This document shows, piece after piece, positions 38,874 to 48,463 of a stretch of 64,000 nt of DNA; within the stretch, counting starts at the first letter, position 1; each line of letters opens with the position of its first letter. Made by a program: the position numbers and the translations under genes. The notes below the pieces were generated by a model. The model did no database searches. It had not been told where the DNA came from and saw nothing but the letters and a program-made list of their open reading frames with translations. The DNA is taken from the NCBI GenBank assembly GCA_964608465.1, contig CAZSNI010000001.1:16215-80214 (forward strand), written 5' to 3'. Origin of the DNA: an uncultured Candidatus Saccharibacteria bacterium (GTDB lineage: Bacteria; Patescibacteriota; Minisyncoccia; Phycocordibacterales; DATDWN01).

Positions 38874-39434
38874 ATGAATGAAGAAATAAAAAGACTTGAA
38901 GATAAAATAGATGACCTATTTCAGAAGTTAACTAATAAGCAGAACTCTCAGTTTACAGAGCTTATTACTGAAATAAGAAGAGTTGGTGACATAGTTGAAA
39001 GTAAGAAAGAAGATTCATACGAAGAGGGTGTATTTGACGATCTCTATGATGAGGCTAAAGAAATTGTAATTGAAGAACAAAAAGCTTCATCGTCATATCT
39101 ACAAAGAAAACTTGGAATTGGATACTCTAGAGCTGTTGCACTTATTGACGCACTAGAGAAAGAAGGAATTATCGGATCTAGTGATGGTGCAAAACCGAGA
39201 GAAGTCTTAGAGAAATCTACTGAACCTAAAGTCTTTACTGATACAAGTGATGATGATTTATATGAAGAAGCAAAAAAGATAACATTAGAAGCCGGTAAAG
39301 TTTCAACTTCTTATTTACAAAGAAAACTTGGTATTGGATATGCTCGTTCTGCTCGTCTAATGGATATGTTGGAAGAAAATGGAGTAATTGAACCTGGTAA
39401 TGGAGCGGGTACAAGAAAGGTAATTGCTAGTTAA
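38874..39434 (+). CDS. Stand-alone protein with two FtsK gamma domains
   Basis: Two copies of DDLY.EAK..S.SYLQRKLGIGY.R...L.D.LE..G.I. Confidence 0.88.
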   Translation: MNEEIKRLEDKIDDLFQKLTNKQNSQFTELITEIRRVGDIVESKKEDSYEEGVFDDLYDEAKEIVIEEQKASSSYLQRKLGIGYSRAVALIDALEKEGIIGSSDGAKPREVLEKSTEPKVFTDTSDDDLYEEAKKITLEAGKVSTSYLQRKLGIGYARSARLMDMLEENGVIEPGNGAGTRKVIAS

Positions 39435-39449
39435 AAAACCCATCCATTT

Positions 39450-40211
39450 TTATTTTGAAACAATATCGTCATAATATCTTGTAACCTCTTCATCCATCAG
39501 TGAAGCAAAAAGATATGTTGTTTCAACTATGCTTTTATGGAGCATAAAACTCTCATTACTAAACTTATTCAAAGTCGCCTCAAGCTTAGATTTATGCTTT
39601 TGTAATTCATAAAGTGCTAACTCACCAAATGGGCCACCATGTACGCTTGATGACATATTCGTATACTCAATTAGTCTTTCTAACAGATATTCTTCTTTAT
39701 ATCTTTTTATAATTTCACTGCCTTTTTCGTTATTATTGTTTATTAAATAATGAAAAATTTCTTTGATATCAAATTTTTTAGCAACATCCCCCAATGCCTT
39801 ATTGTGTTCACCTTTAGTATTCCACTCTGTTTTTTCTGGATAAACTAATTTATTGTAATTAATAATTTTTTGAAAAGATTTCAAATCTTCATAACCTTTA
39901 AGAGATTTGTAATATGCCTCACCGATAGAATCATCATTATCGTTCAAAGCTTTCGCAAAAATATATAGATGCTTAAAACTATGCTCAATAAGAGATCGAA
40001 ACAAAATTGAAGCAGAATATGCGTCTCCATTTTTACAAGAAAGTAGAATTGAATTTGTTAAATAACCACTTTTTGGTATAAAAGATACAAGTGCCTTTCC
40101 TGAATATTTAAATTTAGTCTTTTGTAAAGATTCTATAATGAAGGGGAGTGATTCTTGAATTTTTTTAGATAAAACTTCATTCAATACTAAATTATTATCG
40201 ATATCATTCAT
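39450..40211 (-). CDS. DUF5677-like (HEPN-like) helical protein
   Basis: ASILFRSLIE and Y..MSSSVHG motifs. Confidence 0.65.
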   Translation of the reverse strand: MNDIDNNLVLNEVLSKKIQESLPFIIESLQKTKFKYSGKALVSFIPKSGYLTNSILLSCKNGDAYSASILFRSLIEHSFKHLYIFAKALNDNDDSIGEAYYKSLKGYEDLKSFQKIINYNKLVYPEKTEWNTKGEHNKALGDVAKKFDIKEIFHYLINNNNEKGSEIIKRYKEEYLLERLIEYTNMSSSVHGGPFGELALYELQKHKSKLEATLNKFSNESFMLHKSIVETTYLFASLMDEEVTRYYDDIVSK

Positions 40212-40229
40212 ATGTTCTTAAAATTTTTC

Positions 40230-41156
40230 CTATAAAACAATATCTACGAATCTTACTATTTTATTTTTCTCCCAATCCATAATTTTGACATACTTTCCAT
40301 TGTGTTTATCTGGTCGATTAAATTTACAACCTTCACACTCATGTTCTTCAACAATAGCTGGTATTTCCCCGAACAGTGTAAGTTTACTTGGAGTAACCGT
40401 ATTTTCGTGATGACAGCTCATAGGAACTACATACTTAAGTCCATCCATTTGAAAAATATTCCAGCTTATAATTTCAGCAAACTCCTTTTGAATTGAAATT
40501 GATGGAGGTATTTTAAACTTTGCCTCATGATAATCTATAAGAGTGTAGAGTAAATTTTCACGTGCAAGTAGTACATTATCCCCTTGCCATTCATATCCAT
40601 AACTTGCTTTGAATGCTTCTTTTGCCCAAAAAATCCAATCATCCTTATCTTTGCAATATTTAGATACGACTTTTAATTTTTTATCTAAAAAACCCACTCG
40701 ATTATCTAATTTTATTATTCTGTCAGTATTTGCAGTTGGATTGTATCTAGTTACAATAAATGGAGCCTCTCCGCATGTAATTTCTAGTTTGAGCTCATGA
40801 ACATAATTTTGCCAATTCTTTTTATCCACCCTTTTCCCATGTAAATCCATAACCTTATTTATCCGGTCAATAATCTTGAGCGGAGTAAAAACCTCAGCCT
40901 TATCTTTTGTACGTTTACGTTGTTCCACTATATTCTTAGCGGCACGCGGCTGAATAAGCATTCCGTATTTGCCAGTTACAAATTCTGACAAAATGTGATT
41001 TTTAGGCAAAAATTTATTGCCACGATCTTCATAAGAATCGGTTGCCCAAATGATATTCTTCTTAGTTGTACGATCAATTAGTAAAATGCTCAGCAAATCA
41101 CCTGTTCTGCGCAGATAACTTTCTATAATATCAATATTTGGCAGGAGTACATTCAT
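40230..41156 (-). CDS. Methyltransferase-like partner of the RM enzyme
   Basis: KAEVFTP, LEITCGEAPF, YGYEW, NIFQMDGL; no NPPY. Confidence 0.8.
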   Translation of the reverse strand: MNVLLPNIDIIESYLRRTGDLLSILLIDRTTKKNIIWATDSYEDRGNKFLPKNHILSEFVTGKYGMLIQPRAAKNIVEQRKRTKDKAEVFTPLKIIDRINKVMDLHGKRVDKKNWQNYVHELKLEITCGEAPFIVTRYNPTANTDRIIKLDNRVGFLDKKLKVVSKYCKDKDDWIFWAKEAFKASYGYEWQGDNVLLARENLLYTLIDYHEAKFKIPPSISIQKEFAEIISWNIFQMDGLKYVVPMSCHHENTVTPSKLTLFGEIPAIVEEHECEGCKFNRPDKHNGKYVKIMDWEKNKIVRFVDIVL

Positions 41157-41159
41157 AAC

Positions 41160-44100
41160 TTAAGCCATAGGTTTTACATTCTTATCAATAAATTCAATTT
41201 CATTTTTATCTAGATTATATTTCTTATACAACTGCTTATCTATTTCAGGAATAGATTTAGACCAATCAATATCCGATTTTTTTGTAAAATCTTGAATTGG
41301 TACTTTTAACCAGGTTCTGGGTGAATTATCTTGTGTAATTTTAAGCACACCCAACATAATCCTTGAGAACTTTGTTTTAATATACTTCTGTAAATTCTCG
41401 GCTTCTTTTTTATTATTAAACGCGCCCATACTTAAAAAGGTTTGGGTATGTCCGACATTTTCACCCTCAATAGTTGAAGTTCCTAAAGTTCCGAAATCAC
41501 CACTACCATTTGATTTTGGTATTAAAACTTTAAATTTATCTAAGTTTAGGTGTTTTTCTAGATATTTTCGAGAGACCCACTTATAGACACGTTTACCATT
41601 AATTAATCCAAGAATTTTTGCGTCACTATCAGAATTTGAATCATCCCTAAATATATTGATTTGTTCGAATATAGAAGTGGTTAAACGTTTTTCCTTACCA
41701 CCACTTCCAATTATTTTTTTAAAATGAGGATGCTCTTTATATAAAACCCCAAGATTAAATTTATTCTGTAGATACATTATTTTATTCAATGACTCAAAAT
41801 ACTTATGATCTTCGACTTTTTCTCGTATTGTGTTAAGTTCTGGGTGGCTAGTAAAAGAACCTATTTCCCCAAAATCTTTGTTAGTATCACGGTAAGTTAT
41901 TGCAATCCCCCCTTTAATGTCCGTGTTTGGAAAAACTTTGGATGATTGTTGCTCGTAAAAAATAACTTTAATATGTCTATCATTTAATATCTTATTATTC
42001 CATTCTTTTGGGGTTTTTCCTGCATTAAATAAAAAACGTGCTGGATGGATTAATGCTACCTTGTCAGACAATTTGTAAGATTCATCCATAAATAGATGGT
42101 AAATTGGCTTATCGCTAGTATCCTTAGTCTGTTCTTGATACGGTGGATTTCCTACTATGGCAGTAAATTTCATTTCTTTATTATTAAAATTAAATTTTTC
42201 TAATAATTCTACACTAATATTATAATCCTTATAGCTACCTTTATGCTGAAGTTTTTTTACCAAATCTTCAATATAAACAATATTTGTCTCAAAACTTTGA
42301 TTATACCCTGCCAATGTTCTCCGAGTAATACTTTTGGCCATTGGACTCTTGCATAGCACATAAATATTTTCTTGTAACACTTTACTCCACAACTGTTTAT
42401 ATATTTTTTCCTCCGGTTTTTTATTCTTTTTGTCTTTTATCAGCTGTCTTGAATACACATTATAAGCCGCTAGTAATGGATACAGACCAGATTTTGAATT
42501 TATCTCAAGTATCTTTGTGTTGTCTTGTGACCAGATACTAGTATCGACACCATGACTACTTTTCCATTCGGGTTTTTCTCTAGACTTGTCCATTCCACCG
42601 CTAGCAAAATCGTGGCCGCCGAAAGCTTTGGTCATATGCATATTCACGACACTCCATGGGGTAAGAACTGTTTCTTTATCTGGGTTCTTAAATGTTTTAA
42701 ATATTTCGGAGATAGCTTGTATTCTCTCTGTTGGTAATAGATCATCACAATCAAATGCCTTGGCACGGATACTGTGTGCTACACCCTTAAATACATCCTC
42801 GTCGTAATATTTTATGAACTCACCGAAACCTTTTTTAGTCAGTCCAGGTGGCATAAATTCTTGCCAGGACTCTTCGTCAACTAGGTCAATAAATTTTTGA
42901 AGCGTAATATTTTCTCGAATAGACACATCGGCACCATAGACTAACATTGGCATACGAATACTCACTGCGCGCAATATGCTAATGGCCGTTTTCTTTTGAT
43001 CACGAACTTCTTTTAGTTTTTTTAATACTTCTTTTTGTTCTTCGGTTAAATCTTGTTTTTTCTTCCGCTCGACTTCTTCAGCTTTTTGAATTTTGAGGTC
43101 ATCCATACCAAGTTCATTAACCTTGATTTCATTCACTTTTTCAGTTGAGGATTTACCAACGATAGCTTTAAGTGCATTAAACCTGTCGATGTCCACTTTG
43201 TCGAGTTTCAACAATTCATCGTTATATAGCTTTGGATCGTCAAAGCCGTTTCGACTCACGCGTTCGATAATTGCTTTTTTAAGCTGACTAAGCATATTCT
43301 CAACATCATAAGGTTTCATTGATCCACCTTTCGCAGAAAGAATCGGACAGAAATTTAGAAACTCCCTCATCGCATCTTTCTGCTCAGGTGAATTTATTTT
43401 TCCTGATTTATGGCTAAGCTCCACAGCTTCAGCAATTAATTTTAGGGTCCGATCTGGTGCAAAATCAAACACATATCCTTGAGTCTTTAGTCTCCCATTT
43501 ATTATTGCAGGGGTCTGACAGCGAAATGCTGTTTGCAAATATGTAGTAGCAGAGCTAGTGTCTGACATCATGAAAACTGCTGTCCATTCAGGAACAGAAG
43601 CTCCTGTTGTGAGACGTTGGCCTGTCAGTGTAATAGTATACTCATGATTTTTAATTGCTTTAGTTACACGGTCCTTTGCAACTTTATCCTCCTCATCATC
43701 GCGACTATCACCAGAAATATTTACAACACCAAATTCATTAGAACCAAAAACTTGGTGGCCTTTAAGTAGCTTTTCCATTGCCTCTATAACTTTTACACGA
43801 TTTGGCAGCAGCCATAGCGAATGTTTATTGTAATTTCGATATTCTTCTGTCACATATGGAAACTTTGTTTGTAACTTATCATCCACTAGTAAATCTAAAA
43901 ATTTTTTTACCATTGCCTCGTGAACAAATTCAGCTATATCATTTTCATCTTCATCCTTGCGTACTCGGAAAAATTCATGAAATTTAAAAGCACCATCAAG
44001 AGAGTCATGAAAATTTTCACCTATACTACCAATATGATTGGCGAATGTATCCACATCATAAGTAAATATACTTAATGCTGGAAGTCCCGCATATGGATTT

Positions 44101-45176
44101 GGTACACCAGGATTTTTTTCATCCCATGTAAGCTTTGCTTCTTGCTCCATAACATAATCCCATGTAAAAATATCCTCCTTTTCGTGCTTATGCAGAATAT
44201 TGAATGGGGTCCCAGAAAGTTGAAGAGTAAACTTGGTTGGTATTTTTAAGAAAGTGGTATCGCCAAGGTTACTTTGAGTTCCTTCATGAGCCTCATCAAT
44301 AATTAACATATCCCAACTGGTATCAAAAACTTCATCATTTTTATCAAATCCCTTAGCCTTAGATCCAGATGATTCATCTTCCACTACACGTTTCGACAAG
44401 CGTAAATCTTGCAATGAAGCAAAATATACAAAAGGTTTATTTCCTCTGCTAAGAGTTTTTATATGCTCTCCTACTGTTACAGAAGAAAAATCGTAATTTG
44501 CACCTGCTAATATTTTATTATAATCATCATACCAATCACTACTAACACTCGGACGGTGTGTGACGATAAGAACCTTTTTCATTTCATTCTCTTTTGCAAC
44601 TTGCATAGCTGCGGAGGTTTTACCAAATCGCATCTTTGCATTCCAAAGAAAGTGTTTACGATTTTTCTTTATTGCTTGAGTAGTTTTATTTATAGCTTCA
44701 AGTTGATTTGGTCTAAATTGAAAATCAGAAATAACTGGAATTGCTTTCTCTTTTGTTGATAAAGCAATTCTATCTTCTTTTACAGCTTGAATTGCATTTT
44801 TTGCAATTTCTAAACTAATCTCAAACCATTCAGAATGTGAATTTTTAATATTTTCTGCCTTACGCTCAAAGCCAGAACGCTTAAGAACTTCATGTACGTC
44901 ATAGTCTGAAAAATATTTACCATCGTTTGTGATCGCTATTTCAACATGTTCAAGAGTGTAAGGTATATCTGCAGTTTTTGTTTGTTGTTCTATACGCTTA
45001 CGTGCAGCAGCATTTAACTCATCAAGTGTTGGGTTTTTAGAATTAATTGTTGCAGCACCAATTTTTAGTCTACCTTTATGCACTTCGCCCGGAATTGAAT
45101 ACACATAAATCAATCCAAAAGAAAAAGTTTCATGTATATTATTATTTAGAATAATTTCTTTAACATTTGTATTCAT
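41160..45176 (-). CDS. Fused nuclease/SF2 helicase/N6-adenine methyltransferase (Eco57I-like)
   Basis: N-terminal IYVY..LKIG..EWF, AKMRFGKT, IDEAH, GNPPYQ, C-terminal recognition region. Confidence 0.9.
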   Translation of the reverse strand: MNTNVKEIILNNNIHETFSFGLIYVYSIPGEVHKGRLKIGAATINSKNPTLDELNAAARKRIEQQTKTADIPYTLEHVEIAITNDGKYFSDYDVHEVLKRSGFERKAENIKNSHSEWFEISLEIAKNAIQAVKEDRIALSTKEKAIPVISDFQFRPNQLEAINKTTQAIKKNRKHFLWNAKMRFGKTSAAMQVAKENEMKKVLIVTHRPSVSSDWYDDYNKILAGANYDFSSVTVGEHIKTLSRGNKPFVYFASLQDLRLSKRVVEDESSGSKAKGFDKNDEVFDTSWDMLIIDEAHEGTQSNLGDTTFLKIPTKFTLQLSGTPFNILHKHEKEDIFTWDYVMEQEAKLTWDEKNPGVPNPYAGLPALSIFTYDVDTFANHIGSIGENFHDSLDGAFKFHEFFRVRKDEDENDIAEFVHEAMVKKFLDLLVDDKLQTKFPYVTEEYRNYNKHSLWLLPNRVKVIEAMEKLLKGHQVFGSNEFGVVNISGDSRDDEEDKVAKDRVTKAIKNHEYTITLTGQRLTTGASVPEWTAVFMMSDTSSATTYLQTAFRCQTPAIINGRLKTQGYVFDFAPDRTLKLIAEAVELSHKSGKINSPEQKDAMREFLNFCPILSAKGGSMKPYDVENMLSQLKKAIIERVSRNGFDDPKLYNDELLKLDKVDIDRFNALKAIVGKSSTEKVNEIKVNELGMDDLKIQKAEEVERKKKQDLTEEQKEVLKKLKEVRDQKKTAISILRAVSIRMPMLVYGADVSIRENITLQKFIDLVDEESWQEFMPPGLTKKGFGEFIKYYDEDVFKGVAHSIRAKAFDCDDLLPTERIQAISEIFKTFKNPDKETVLTPWSVVNMHMTKAFGGHDFASGGMDKSREKPEWKSSHGVDTSIWSQDNTKILEINSKSGLYPLLAAYNVYSRQLIKDKKNKKPEEKIYKQLWSKVLQENIYVLCKSPMAKSITRRTLAGYNQSFETNIVYIEDLVKKLQHKGSYKDYNISVELLEKFNFNNKEMKFTAIVGNPPYQEQTKDTSDKPIYHLFMDESYKLSDKVALIHPARFLFNAGKTPKEWNNKILNDRHIKVIFYEQQSSKVFPNTDIKGGIAITYRDTNKDFGEIGSFTSHPELNTIREKVEDHKYFESLNKIMYLQNKFNLGVLYKEHPHFKKIIGSGGKEKRLTTSIFEQINIFRDDSNSDSDAKILGLINGKRVYKWVSRKYLEKHLNLDKFKVLIPKSNGSGDFGTLGTSTIEGENVGHTQTFLSMGAFNNKKEAENLQKYIKTKFSRIMLGVLKITQDNSPRTWLKVPIQDFTKKSDIDWSKSIPEIDKQLYKKYNLDKNEIEFIDKNVKPMA

Positions 45177-45178
45177 AA

Positions 45179-46015
45179 TTATTTTCTCAAATTATCATCC
45201 AAGGTATTTCCAGCATCATCTTTCCAAGCTGTCCAACCATTAATTGGCCTCCCCGTGGTGGTTGCAGCTGCCGCAGATGGACTTTTAAATAAAATATCTT
45301 TTGTATAAACGTATGACATTTTATCACCTACTTCTACAAAGGTACCATCTTCCAGAAATCGTTTGCGAGCAGCTTGTGACCATCCCCAAAAAGCTTCCGT
45401 TTCTCTTATGCGAGCAGTAGATCCCTTTAATACATTAAGACTGCCATCTGCAAGTAGTTGGGCCTTTGCATCTGCCCCTTCTGCTTTCAGGAAATAAATT
45501 TTTTCATCAGTAATTGATTCGGCGACAGTTTCAAATACTTCATAACCAATTGCGCCAAGTATAAATTGCATATTCTCAAAATACTGCTCAACTGTGACTT
45601 TTTCAAATTCTGATAGAGTATTTTCTTGTGGTTGAACTTTATTCTGCACAAGCATTCGGTTTGCGTCGTGAGCAGTTGTTGTAGTTTTGTATTCTAGATA
45701 TTTAACAAATGCTCTATTTAATCCACCTGTAAAAACAACCGCAATGTTCCAAAAATCTTTATTTGAATCATGGTTAGAAATCCTACTATAAAAATTTTCA
45801 GATTCACCGATATAAACAAGCTCATCTGAAGAACTCTCGTCTATTCCAAATAATAAATAGAGTCCTGGCTTATTTACCTCAGGGCGATCTTTTAATTCCT
45901 TTAAACTTTGACGAGGCACTACAAAACACTTGCCTGACCAACCTGCAAGATCAATTATTTTCATTCCATTTGGATTTCCTTCAGGAACGAGCATTTGTAA
46001 GGCCTTAGATTTCAT
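45179..46015 (-). CDS. GIY-YIG nuclease with DUF4357 domain
   Basis: PGLYLL..VYIGESE; FKSPSAAA..GRPINGWTAWK; start moved to 46015. Confidence 0.88.
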   Translation of the reverse strand: MKSKALQMLVPEGNPNGMKIIDLAGWSGKCFVVPRQSLKELKDRPEVNKPGLYLLFGIDESSSDELVYIGESENFYSRISNHDSNKDFWNIAVVFTGGLNRAFVKYLEYKTTTTAHDANRMLVQNKVQPQENTLSEFEKVTVEQYFENMQFILGAIGYEVFETVAESITDEKIYFLKAEGADAKAQLLADGSLNVLKGSTARIRETEAFWGWSQAARKRFLEDGTFVEVGDKMSYVYTKDILFKSPSAAAATTTGRPINGWTAWKDDAGNTLDDNLRK

Positions 46016-46115
46016 ATTGTTCCAAAACTGTACCACTTTTATCCCCAGCAATCCAGTTAGTGAAAATCTACTCAACCGGACAAGCATTCCCGCCAATTGC
46101 GGTTTAAAACCAAAA

Positions 46116-46763
46116 TTATTTAATATCCACCTGAACCTCATTCCGAAGCATAAAAGGCAAGGTCCAAGGAGGGTTGAATCTAGCAATGTTTACCGCGCCC
46201 ACTGGCACTACACCATCTCGTTTGAGTGATGCCAAAAGTGACTCTTCGTTCTTGCGAAGTCTTGTTTCATTTACTACCCAAGTAAACCTCCTTACTGCGA
46301 CTTTTCTAGATGGAACCTGTATAAGTGACACGCGAGAGTCGTTTGGTATTGGCAGGGCATCCATAGTGTATTCACTTGGCAAAACAAATGATACTTTATA
46401 TGAACCCTTCTCCGCCTGCTCAGTATTCACCGGAACTGTCATCGCTATTTTTTCAGAATTTGTTTTTTCTGTATTTACTGGAGCCGTCATTGCTATCTTA
46501 TCTTTCTTTTTGTTGTCTCCAAAAATGTATCCGGCAACTATTGGGAAGCCTTTCCTTACCGCATCATCTCTGTCTACCGCACCAGAAATAACTGTTTCAG
46601 CAAGTATGTATGAGTTGTACTGCCGTATCTCGTATCCATCTGCCTTACTCACCACAGAGTACTTTGGCTCTTCAATATTTCTAACAGAAAGCCAACTATA
46701 TAGAAACCAAATAAGGAGCACTAAACCCAAAGTAATTAAAATATACATTGTTTTATTATTCAT
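46116..46763 (-). CDS. SOUL heme-binding protein
   Basis: EEPKY..YEIRQY, YIFG, KIAMTAPV twice, NPPWT..RNEV. Confidence 0.9.
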   Translation of the reverse strand: MNNKTMYILITLGLVLLIWFLYSWLSVRNIEEPKYSVVSKADGYEIRQYNSYILAETVISGAVDRDDAVRKGFPIVAGYIFGDNKKKDKIAMTAPVNTEKTNSEKIAMTVPVNTEQAEKGSYKVSFVLPSEYTMDALPIPNDSRVSLIQVPSRKVAVRRFTWVVNETRLRKNEESLLASLKRDGVVPVGAVNIARFNPPWTLPFMLRNEVQVDIK

Positions 46764-46802
46764 ACCTACATTCTAGCATTTTTGAATAGGTTTTATCTGA
46801 AA

Positions 46803-47237
46803 CTATTTCTCGGTCTTGTATTTCTTTTTCATATCTACAAGTGATTTCTTTATTACAATTTTCAAAACCTTTAGGTCAATATCTTCAACGCTCTTTATTG
46901 CAAGACAAGATATACCCGACAGCTTGTACTTACCTATTTTCTCAATATCTTTTTTATATGCTTTCCAGCTCATCATGTTGTAGAGAGTGAAACCGGTACT
47001 AGATACAGCAAAACCAGTAACAAGGTGTACGTGTTCCCCGCCCTTGCTGTCGAAATAGTGATATTTCCCGAAACCAAAAATCTTATTCCACATTACACAC
47101 TCAGAACCAGTCGCTTTTGTATATAAATCTACTAGCTGTAGCGCTTCTTTCTGTAGTTTAGGATTGCCCTTGAAATTTTTCTCTAGAAAACTTTTTGGTG
47201 TTAATTTTGTTGGCTGTGTCTTGTTTGTGTATGTCAT
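46803..47237 (-). CDS. DUF1801-like protein
   Basis: NKTQPT, MW..IFGFGKYHY, GK..SCL.IK. Confidence 0.75.
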   Translation of the reverse strand: MTYTNKTQPTKLTPKSFLEKNFKGNPKLQKEALQLVDLYTKATGSECVMWNKIFGFGKYHYFDSKGGEHVHLVTGFAVSSTGFTLYNMMSWKAYKKDIEKIGKYKLSGISCLAIKSVEDIDLKVLKIVIKKSLVDMKKKYKTEK

Positions 47238-47244
47238 ATTTATT

Positions 47245-47679
47245 TTAAACAATATTAAAATTAAAATGGTTTACCGCCACTTCCTCTCCTCCAATTTTTC
47301 TATAAAACTCAACTGCTCCAACATCTTCTGACTCTGCTTCAACAAAAATAGTTTTTACCCCTCTACTTTTTGCCTCCTCTTTTAATTGTTCAATAAGTTC
47401 TTTCCCAATTCCTTTTTGCTGATTCTCTGGATGAACTGCAATGTCATAGATGTAAAACTCTTTTGCTCCATGTATCGGCGACATTTCCATCGCCACTAAA
47501 CCACCGACGATTTTTTCTTCTTGTTCAGCACCGAGCACTAGAGTTGTGCCACTTTCTAACATTTTTGAAAGATACTCGTCAGTCACTTCGTATTCTGTTT
47601 CAAAAGCTACAGAAAAGACTGAGATGAGTTTGCGTAACTGTTCAACACTATTTATTTTCACTATTGAAATGTTACTCAT
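47245..47679 (-). CDS. GNAT N-acetyltransferase (AAC(3)-I-like)
   Basis: YIYDIAV..QQKGIG..IFVEA..A..FY. Confidence 0.85.
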   Translation of the reverse strand: MSNISIVKINSVEQLRKLISVFSVAFETEYEVTDEYLSKMLESGTTLVLGAEQEEKIVGGLVAMEMSPIHGAKEFYIYDIAVHPENQQKGIGKELIEQLKEEAKSRGVKTIFVEAESEDVGAVEFYRKIGGEEVAVNHFNFNIV

Positions 47680-47706
47680 ATAAATATTATACCAAAGTAT
47701 ACGTGA

Positions 47707-47735
47707 CAGCCCCGCGCACGTGTGTGGCGGGGCTG
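47707..47735. terminator. GC hairpin after unit H
   Basis: CAGCCCCGC-GCACGTGTGTG-GCGGGGCTG. Confidence 0.6.
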
Positions 47736-47753
47736 AGTGATGGTCGGACTTGG

Positions 47754-47981
47754 CTATGCGAGCCGGGGACTGATCATGTCGAAGTGCAGGCAGGCGACTT
47801 TTCTGTCACCGCCGACATACACGTAGACATAACGCCCAATGCGCCGCGTAGCAACTCCGTTCTTTGTTCGGCGCATGAGAACTTGCGAGAGATGGTCTAG
47901 CGAGTCCTGCGGTATCTTTGCGGACCACAGACCAATGAAGTTCATATCCGGAACTGTCTGAACCGAAGCTGGCTCCTGCAT
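47754..47981 (-). CDS. Orphan protein (GC-rich unit H)
   Basis: AAAGGA SD, own promoter and hairpin. Confidence 0.65.
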   Translation of the reverse strand: MQEPASVQTVPDMNFIGLWSAKIPQDSLDHLSQVLMRRTKNGVATRRIGRYVYVYVGGDRKVACLHFDMISPRLA

Positions 47982-48016
47982 GCTTGTCCTTTCTTATTTG
48001 TACGGTTTCGTTTTTC

Positions 48017-48045
48017 AGTCTACAAAAAAGTTAAGAGGCTGTCTA
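48017..48045 (-). promoter_or_regulatory. Promoter TAGACA-N17-TAGACT (unit H)
   Basis: Same hexamers and spacing as 48422-48450. Confidence 0.65.
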
Positions 48046-48058
48046 TTAAAATGCGAAA

Positions 48059-48086
48059 CGGCTCCACGTATGCGTACGTGGAGCCG
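48059..48086 (-). terminator. Terminator of unit I
   Basis: CGGCTCCACGTA-TGCG-TACGTGGAGCCG. Confidence 0.7.
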
Positions 48087-48104
48087 AGTCGAGCGTTTGC
48101 TCGA

Positions 48105-48386
48105 TTAGTTGTTTTCGGTCGCGCGGTAGATTGAGATACCTTCGCTTTCGTGATCGGGGAGAAATTCGACGATCAAATCCATCACGAACTCGACTTCGCC
48201 GGTTGTGAGGATGGTCGGGTACTTGTTGACGTACTGCCAGTCGACTGACTCGCCACTGATCGCACACACTGCCTGTACGAACCTTTCGACATCCTCCGTG
48301 AGTGCATCTCGGAGCTGGCAGACGATCACACCTTCCCTGTCGATATCGGGATCACACGCCTGCACTTCCATGTCCGCAACGGCCAT
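48105..48386 (-). CDS. Acidic orphan protein (GC-rich unit I)
   Basis: AAAGGA SD, own promoter and hairpin. Confidence 0.7.
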   Translation of the reverse strand: MAVADMEVQACDPDIDREGVIVCQLRDALTEDVERFVQAVCAISGESVDWQYVNKYPTILTTGEVEFVMDLIVEFLPDHESEGISIYRATENN

Positions 48387-48421
48387 TTTACTATCCTTTC
48401 AGGGATAATATTCCCGATGAG

Positions 48422-48450
48422 AGTCTACAATAGAACGCACACCTTGTCTA
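48422..48450 (-). promoter_or_regulatory. Promoter TAGACA-N17-TAGACT (unit I)
   Basis: Duplicate motif of 48017-48045. Confidence 0.65.
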
Positions 48451-48463
48451 TTGAGAATTTAAC

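Noticed and set aside
46016-46186. N-terminal extension of the GIY-YIG/DUF4357 ORF
   Set aside because: Overlaps the SOUL gene end; ATG 46015 has its own -10 and fits the family start
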